Shown piece by piece: positions 57,826 to 64,000 of a stretch of 64,000 bases of DNA. A model generated the notes under the pieces. It saw nothing but the letters and a program-made list of their open reading frames with translations. It searched no databases and was not told the DNA's origin. A program made the position numbers and the translations under genes. This DNA is from a virus. Where the stretch lies: IMG/VR virus record IMGVR_UViG_3300028883_000048, positions 2,584 to 66,583 of that record. One strand, 5' to 3'. How positions within the stretch are numbered: position 1 is the stretch's first letter; each line of letters begins with the position of its first letter.

Positions 57826-59325
57826 ATGGCAATAATTAGACGAACTGACAGAGGTTTTGCAAGTCAGGAAATCAGAAATTTAGATCAAAATATTGATGAT
57901 GCCTTTCAAAGCCTATTAGACTTAAGGCGAGTTAATTGCCCTGAATGGACTGATGAGAATCGTACCGACTTAGGCGTTCAATTATTATGGCTCTATGCCG
58001 TCAAAGTCGGTATGCTCTTCGAGGAAATAAATTGGGTATCTAAGAACTGTTACCTCCAAACGGTTGTTGATAGAATGTCATTAAAGAGGTTGCTTGATTT
58101 AATTGGTTATAGCTTAGGTCAGGCAACACCTGCATCGGTTATAGTTACTTTTGCTCTTGAAGATGGTCATCCTGAATTTACTATCCCTCAGGGTACACAG
58201 GTCTCAACCGAAGAAACCCCCGAAGAATCCTTAATAATGTTTGAAACCTCTGAGGACATGCTGGTTGTTGCCGGGGTATCTACCATTGAGATTGTTTGTC
58301 TCGAAGGTCAAACGATCTCAAATGAGATTTTAGGTTCATCTGATGGAAGTGCAGATCAGAGCTTTGAGGTCGGCAATAGTCCGGCAATATGGGAATCGGA
58401 AACCATCGAGATTTATACCGATGGAGTTTGGGTTGAATGGACGAGGGTTGATGATTTTGTCGATAGCGAAAGTACCTCTTTACATTATCGAGTTGAGTTG
58501 GACTCTGAGCGTAAATATTATATCGTTTTCGGCGATGGCATCAATGGCAAAATTCCCGAAACCGGAACAAACAATATACGATGCACTTATCGAATTGGCG
58601 GGGGCTCTGATGGTAATGTGTCTGCTGATACGATTGTCGAGCTGGTTTCTAACATCGATTACATCGATAGCGTCACTAATAACAACCCGGCCTCGGGCGG
58701 CGCCGACTGGGAGACCATAGAGCAGGCTCGGAAGTTTGCACCCGCGAGCTTAAGATCATTAAACAGAGCTGTTTGTAAGAATGACTTTAAAACCTTAACC
58801 GAGGCCTATGTCTCTCCTACCTATGGTGCTATTGCTAAAGCTTGCATACAAGAACAAGGCCTGTCAATTACGGTTAGAATAGTTCCGGCGTCAGGTGGTC
58901 AACCTTCAGACGGGCTTAAGAGCGATCTTCAAGATTATCTTGACAGCGTGAGATTGATCGGGACTTATGTTGAAGTTGATGACCCTGTTTATCAAACAGT
59001 AAATATCGATGTTGATATATATATAAAAAACGGCTATAACCAGAGCACGGTTGTTCAGGCGGTCAGATCAGCTCTTTCAGCTCATCTCTCCCCTACCTAT
59101 CAAGACCCAACTACAAAACTTTACACTCACGAATTTGGTAGAGATGTTTACCTCTCTGATCTCTATGACATCATCGACGGTATTGAGGGTGTCGATCATA
59201 GTGAGGTCACAACCCCGTCTGGTGATGTCGAGATCGAAGAAAACGAGATTGTCGCTATAGGAACGCTGGATATAACAGCCTATCAGGGCGGTGACAGCTA
59301 TAGCTATTTAGATTTGGAGACATAG
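57826..59325 (+). CDS. baseplate J/gp6-like protein
   Basis: PEWTD...D.G, LIGY, IP.GT, FGDG..G..P, Y..GGG..GN, GG.D.E, RAV...D. Confidence 0.9.
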   Translation: MAIIRRTDRGFASQEIRNLDQNIDDAFQSLLDLRRVNCPEWTDENRTDLGVQLLWLYAVKVGMLFEEINWVSKNCYLQTVVDRMSLKRLLDLIGYSLGQATPASVIVTFALEDGHPEFTIPQGTQVSTEETPEESLIMFETSEDMLVVAGVSTIEIVCLEGQTISNEILGSSDGSADQSFEVGNSPAIWESETIEIYTDGVWVEWTRVDDFVDSESTSLHYRVELDSERKYYIVFGDGINGKIPETGTNNIRCTYRIGGGSDGNVSADTIVELVSNIDYIDSVTNNNPASGGADWETIEQARKFAPASLRSLNRAVCKNDFKTLTEAYVSPTYGAIAKACIQEQGLSITVRIVPASGGQPSDGLKSDLQDYLDSVRLIGTYVEVDDPVYQTVNIDVDIYIKNGYNQSTVVQAVRSALSAHLSPTYQDPTTKLYTHEFGRDVYLSDLYDIIDGIEGVDHSEVTTPSGDVEIEENEIVAIGTLDITAYQGGDSYSYLDLET

Positions 59326-62300
59326 ATGGATAGATTAAAATCGAATGTAAACAGATTTCTCATTTTGTTGGTATTTATATTTATATGCCAACAAAACGTG
59401 ATGGCAGGTTACGATGTTGACCAGAACTTCCTTGATAGTGTGGGTAATGTTTTTGATCAAGATAGCACGACCTATACGCTAATCGAAAATGTTGTCTCTG
59501 ATTCTTTTGGTATAATATTTGCCTGTCATGCCTGTTCTCTTGATGGTCAGGGATATACAGTTACCTTTGCGGGCGCTGATACAACGGCGGTCAATAACAG
59601 TGGTTTTGAAACCCAAGATGCTGTCAATGATTCACTTCCGGAATCATGGGATTTTACTAATGCGCCGGATTTTATCAGAGACACCGGCTGGTATCTCGTT
59701 AATGGTACAAACTTCTGGCGTATACCTCCGACACTCTGGGCAGGCGATTACTCATTACAGGCCAGAACGCCATTGTCGCAAAAGAACACTATTGTCTCAG
59801 ATGATAGTTATACCTTTACAGCTGGGATGTCATACGCTGTATCAACAATGGCCTATAATAAAATTTATTACGGTGATTCCATTGAGCTGAGAATCGGACT
59901 ACTTGACGGAACAGATACCGCTTATGTCGATAGCCGAATGGGGAAATTTATGCGAGGCTTCGTCCCCCTCGACTTACAATTTACAGCCCCCGATTCCGGT
60001 GATGTCACATATAAAATATTTCTCGAGGCAGATTATGCAACTATGGCCGATTCCGTCTATGTTGGTGGCAACTGGTATCTCCCAGTAACTTATGACATGG
60101 AAGACACTCTCGATTATGGTTATCTCTGTTTTGATGATGTCTTAATACAATTTAATAACATTCACGGTCTTGTAATCGGTACTGATGCGACGGAGCAAAA
60201 TTATCATTATCCGATGATGGAAAACTGGTATGGGGTTAGTGAGGTTTATATCGATGATGTTGTTGTTGAGCCCGCGACAAACCTGCTTTATGATTGTCGT
60301 GGTGTTTACATGCCTTATACGGTAAGCGGTACCCAAATACATAATTCTAATATCACAATCAGGGGGGCTTTAGGTAAAAACATTTACTCTCGAAATGCGC
60401 GAGATGAGACTTATACTAATGACAGTCTATTTAATCTCTGTACGGTTGGCGGTGAGCGTGATTATATGACTGTCTGTTATATGGATTTAACAGGGTCTGG
60501 CGTTGGTGGTGGATATAATGACTCTCTTGATAATATATATTGCTATGGCTCTATCCATGCTGGCATATTGTTTGGAATGGCCGGAGACACAAGCCTACCC
60601 GCCGACCACGATGTTCATGTCATCCGCAATTCGACAATCTATTTGAGCAGTAAATATATAAATGGGTTTGCGCTCTATACCTATGGTGGAGCTTATCGGG
60701 CTGATAATGTTCGTATCTATGCTAACAGTGATAGCACCTATGGCCGAGGCATATATTTATTAAATGGCGCCACTACAGTTTATGAAAGTGAGATCAAGAA
60801 TTGCTTTGTCCATACATGGCAAAAAGACACTATACAAGAATATGAGTATGTTTCGTCCAGTTACGGAATACAATTAGAAGAAGCCAATAACGTAACAATT
60901 GAGGCTTGTAGTGTTATCGTTCGAACAGATAATGAACGATATAACAAAGAGGGTGGTTTAGACCATAGGGCTGGTAGAGCTTTGAGGATTGGTGGGACGG
61001 CAACCCCTTCATCGAATGTGGTGATCAAAGATTCATATTTCGGGGGATTTGCCGAGGGGCACGATTGGGCGATTGCCGTTAATTTTAATAATGCAAATTA
61101 TGAGGGCTTGACTTTTGAGAATAATACTATTTCAACTAATGATACGTGGCTCGAGGGTATATTTGAGACCGACTCAGTAAGATTTTATAATTGTATATGG
61201 GAGATCGATACCTCTACCGGGACATTAAAAACCTCGGGCGGAAAATTCTCCGCGCTTCACGCCCCCCATGCTTACGGGAGCAATAATTATTTTAGGCATA
61301 TCAATAACATCTTCGCTGATGAGTATGCTCAAAGTTTATATGATAGTTCATATTTTAGAGGAAGTTCATCTTCTAAATGGTATACATCTGCTGGTTATGC
61401 GACTGGTTGGTATGTCGGATATGAGGATTCGATATATATAAAAAATGGTGGCTCTGGTGACCCGATCGAGAATGCAGAGCTGTTAATCTATTATGGTGAT
61501 GATGATACTCTTTTTATCGACACAACCGATGCAACCGGGTGCTTTGTTGTTGATCTCTGGAAGTTTCGAGACTCGGCAACCACAACCGCTTATAACCGAA
61601 ATGTCCATAGGACTTATTATGAGGATTATGTTATAAGAGCAGAAAAGGGCTCTGATGTTGATAGTGTTATAAGATCGTCAATCGACTCAGCTGAGGTCAT
61701 TGATCTTGAGTTCGGTACAAGCAGTGAAAAGGTTTTTGTTCTTACGAGCGATAGTCTGCCATGGACAAGCCATGCTAATTATGATACTGTCAGAATAGCC
61801 GGAACCTCTATAACCGCCAATGATACGGGCATTATAATAAATCACGACGGAGTATATTTAGATTTTGGTATTGACACCCTACTCTTTGGCTCTAACGGGG
61901 CTGATGACCCGGTTGGAGTTCTTTTTAATTGGGGTTCAGATCAAGGTCACATCAGAGGTGGATTTATTCTTCATGACATAGATGATACTGCTGGCGCCGA
62001 TGATGCTATTGGTGTAAAGATATTTGGGGTAAATGGTTTTGTTCTCGATACAACGACTGTTGTTGTTCGGGGAGTCAACTCAAACTGTGTAGACAACCAT
62101 AGCGGTAAATGTATAAATGTTATCATAAACGGCGGTTATTACGACAACCGCTGTCATGGTTATACAAGCCGATGTTATGGACAATACGGTTCTGCTATAT
62201 ATATACAGGCCGATTCAATGGCTCATGGCTCAGATGTTAATCTGGAAGTCAATTGCGCGACTGTTAGAAGTCCTCATTCTTGTATATGGGCTGAAAGGGG

Positions 62301-63717
62301 CTCGGGGGCTACAGAAGAATGCCTCTTAATGGTTTATAACTGTTCTCTGTTTGTTGATGCTAACAATGATCTTTATGACTCGACAAACGGAACATCATGT
62401 CATTCGGCGGGCGACCCTTTCGCTATTCAGGTTTATGGCATTAAGGCAGGCTCCGAAATACATGACAATATAATTATCGCTGGTGATGATCATTATGGCG
62501 GTGATGGTATTATGATACAAGAAGCTCAGGGCATAGTCTCTGACTCAATCAAGGTTTATAACAATACTATGCTGTTACATCATGGTCGTCATCCTGCTTT
62601 ACCGGCTGGCTTACAGCATTGCGTTGGCATATATTTTAGAAACCCCGAACCGATATCTCATCCGGAAGATCATAGTCAATATGTATGGATTGCCAATAAT
62701 AGCATAAATATATTGGTTGATGCTCTTGGTTCAACTGATCATATAGGGGCAAACGGCGAGGGGGCGAGATTTTATCTCACAGACAGTTTAAATCATAATG
62801 TTTTTGAGAATAATTTTATAGAGGTTATTCGGGCTGATTCGCTTACTCCCGATTCTGGCGATGTTGCTACTTGTGGAATATCTATCTGTCGAGCTGATAC
62901 TGTTGATATGACAGAGACCAGTTACGGAAGTGAATATACCGATGATAATCATTTCAGATACAATCATTATCGTTGTTATAAAAGCCCTTATTGGCTCGGT
63001 GGTCATCGAGAGAGCGGGCTCTGTGCGAATTATATAACAACCGTCGGAGATACTTTAAATACAATCGGTGATGTTAGTGATAGCATGGTGGTTCTCTTTA
63101 ACGGAAACGGAACTTATCAAGATCATTCGATTGGTAACCGGATTATTGATGCCACTCTTTTAGGCAACGCCAATGATACCAATATTGTTTGGTCTGGTTT
63201 GACCGAGAATGTCGACACCTGCTTAGGAAAAACCGTCGCTTTCGAGCGAATACTAAACTGGCTTTATGTCAAAGATATCGATGGTATACCTGTTGAGAGT
63301 GCTGATATCTATATCGTCAACAATTACGGCGATACTGTAACGACCGGGGCGACCGATGCTAATGGTAAATATTCCGATACTCTGGTTTATGCTTTTCATG
63401 GTTACGACCCCGACCCGGGCGATGGTTGTGTTATAGGTGATTCATTGGGCTATAATGATTTCATATTTATAGCAAAGAAAAATGGAGATTCAACATCAAC
63501 CACCGTAACCGTTAATGCCCAGTGGTCGGGTTATGATACTCTCATGCTTGATGATCAATCGATGACACCTATAATCAAAAAACTAAAAACAAAAAAATCA
63601 AGAATACAGGAGTATGGATTAAATGAAAACGTGGAAGATATTATTTTTCGCTTTGGTTATTGTTGTTATATCAATGATGACATTATCTGCTATCGAGATC
63701 AATGCTCTAACAGATAG
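59326..63717 (+). CDS. large signal-peptide protein with two beta-helix + transthyretin-like modules
   Basis: hydrophobic N-terminus; repeated I.N/NN.I beta-helix pattern; two PIE.A.....TDA.G domains. Confidence 0.65.
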   Translation: MDRLKSNVNRFLILLVFIFICQQNVMAGYDVDQNFLDSVGNVFDQDSTTYTLIENVVSDSFGIIFACHACSLDGQGYTVTFAGADTTAVNNSGFETQDAVNDSLPESWDFTNAPDFIRDTGWYLVNGTNFWRIPPTLWAGDYSLQARTPLSQKNTIVSDDSYTFTAGMSYAVSTMAYNKIYYGDSIELRIGLLDGTDTAYVDSRMGKFMRGFVPLDLQFTAPDSGDVTYKIFLEADYATMADSVYVGGNWYLPVTYDMEDTLDYGYLCFDDVLIQFNNIHGLVIGTDATEQNYHYPMMENWYGVSEVYIDDVVVEPATNLLYDCRGVYMPYTVSGTQIHNSNITIRGALGKNIYSRNARDETYTNDSLFNLCTVGGERDYMTVCYMDLTGSGVGGGYNDSLDNIYCYGSIHAGILFGMAGDTSLPADHDVHVIRNSTIYLSSKYINGFALYTYGGAYRADNVRIYANSDSTYGRGIYLLNGATTVYESEIKNCFVHTWQKDTIQEYEYVSSSYGIQLEEANNVTIEACSVIVRTDNERYNKEGGLDHRAGRALRIGGTATPSSNVVIKDSYFGGFAEGHDWAIAVNFNNANYEGLTFENNTISTNDTWLEGIFETDSVRFYNCIWEIDTSTGTLKTSGGKFSALHAPHAYGSNNYFRHINNIFADEYAQSLYDSSYFRGSSSSKWYTSAGYATGWYVGYEDSIYIKNGGSGDPIENAELLIYYGDDDTLFIDTTDATGCFVVDLWKFRDSATTTAYNRNVHRTYYEDYVIRAEKGSDVDSVIRSSIDSAEVIDLEFGTSSEKVFVLTSDSLPWTSHANYDTVRIAGTSITANDTGIIINHDGVYLDFGIDTLLFGSNGADDPVGVLFNWGSDQGHIRGGFILHDIDDTAGADDAIGVKIFGVNGFVLDTTTVVVRGVNSNCVDNHSGKCINVIINGGYYDNRCHGYTSRCYGQYGSAIYIQADSMAHGSDVNLEVNCATVRSPHSCIWAERGSGATEECLLMVYNCSLFVDANNDLYDSTNGTSCHSAGDPFAIQVYGIKAGSEIHDNIIIAGDDHYGGDGIMIQEAQGIVSDSIKVYNNTMLLHHGRHPALPAGLQHCVGIYFRNPEPISHPEDHSQYVWIANNSINILVDALGSTDHIGANGEGARFYLTDSLNHNVFENNFIEVIRADSLTPDSGDVATCGISICRADTVDMTETSYGSEYTDDNHFRYNHYRCYKSPYWLGGHRESGLCANYITTVGDTLNTIGDVSDSMVVLFNGNGTYQDHSIGNRIIDATLLGNANDTNIVWSGLTENVDTCLGKTVAFERILNWLYVKDIDGIPVESADIYIVNNYGDTVTTGATDANGKYSDTLVYAFHGYDPDPGDGCVIGDSLGYNDFIFIAKKNGDSTSTTVTVNAQWSGYDTLMLDDQSMTPIIKKLKTKKSRIQEYGLNENVEDIIFRFGYCCYINDDIICYRDQCSNR

Positions 63718-63997
63718 ATTGCCCGCAAAGCTCTACTATATCAACTCAGACGGTAAGGACGTCCCTCCCGATTCTGTGGTCATAATGGTTCAATCGGCAA
63801 ACGGCGATAGTGTTGGAATGATGGTTGTTGACATCACTACCTCATGGGTAACAGCTAATGCGATAGCTTCTGATGATATCACCTGCTGGACTGTTGCTCC
63901 GACAATGGATGATATTGATTTCGGTAATGGTATTGGTAATTATCTGGTCAGTTATGGGGCTTTTAATATCGCTGACAGCGCTACTGACTGGATTTAA
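63623..63997 (+). CDS. signal-peptide protein near the window edge
   Basis: MKTWKILFFALVIVVISMMTLSA. Confidence 0.55.
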   Translation: MKTWKILFFALVIVVISMMTLSAIEINALTDRLPAKLYYINSDGKDVPPDSVVIMVQSANGDSVGMMVVDITTSWVTANAIASDDITCWTVAPTMDDIDFGNGIGNYLVSYGAFNIADSATDWI

Positions 63998-64000
63998 TTT

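Noticed and set aside
47992-59325. Stand-alone tailocin/eCIS
   Set aside because: Terminase, portal, capsid and replication genes are present.
1-64000. Diversity-generating retroelement or retron
   Set aside because: No reverse transcriptase ORF and no TR/VR pair seen.
1-64000. tRNA/rRNA genes
   Set aside because: No cloverleaf or T-loop signature noticed in intergenic gaps; tRNAscan not run.

Overview
The whole window is temperate, contractile-tailed (myovirus-like) phage DNA; I see no host genes. Gene order is circularly permuted. 1-9.5 kb (+): distal structural genes and lysis (M15 peptidase, holin). 9.6-15.1 kb (-): early accessory genes with two perfect sigma70 promoters and a repeated leader box. 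15.4-18.4 kb (-): large serine integrase, OB-fold membrane protein, PAS-like protein, CI-like repressor. 18.6-32.4 kb (+): Cro-like gene, SbcD/SbcC, MmcB-like, DUF5131, SSB, initiator with iterons, DnaC-like loader, dATP/dGTP diphosphohydrolase, Mor-like activator. 32.8-37 kb: 7-deazaguanine DNA modification cluster (ParB-like, dpdA, queC, queD, queE, PRTase-folE fusion). 37-64 kb: terminase, head, CIS-like contractile tail and baseplate, then large signal-peptide-bearing proteins. The most unusual element is a ~400-nt structured locus at 32.4-32.8 kb. Its + strand carries segments complementary to the translation starts of the first genes of the rightward early operon, while its - strand reads as three SD-led micro-ORFs. 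All calls come from motif recognition and gene context; no searches were run.
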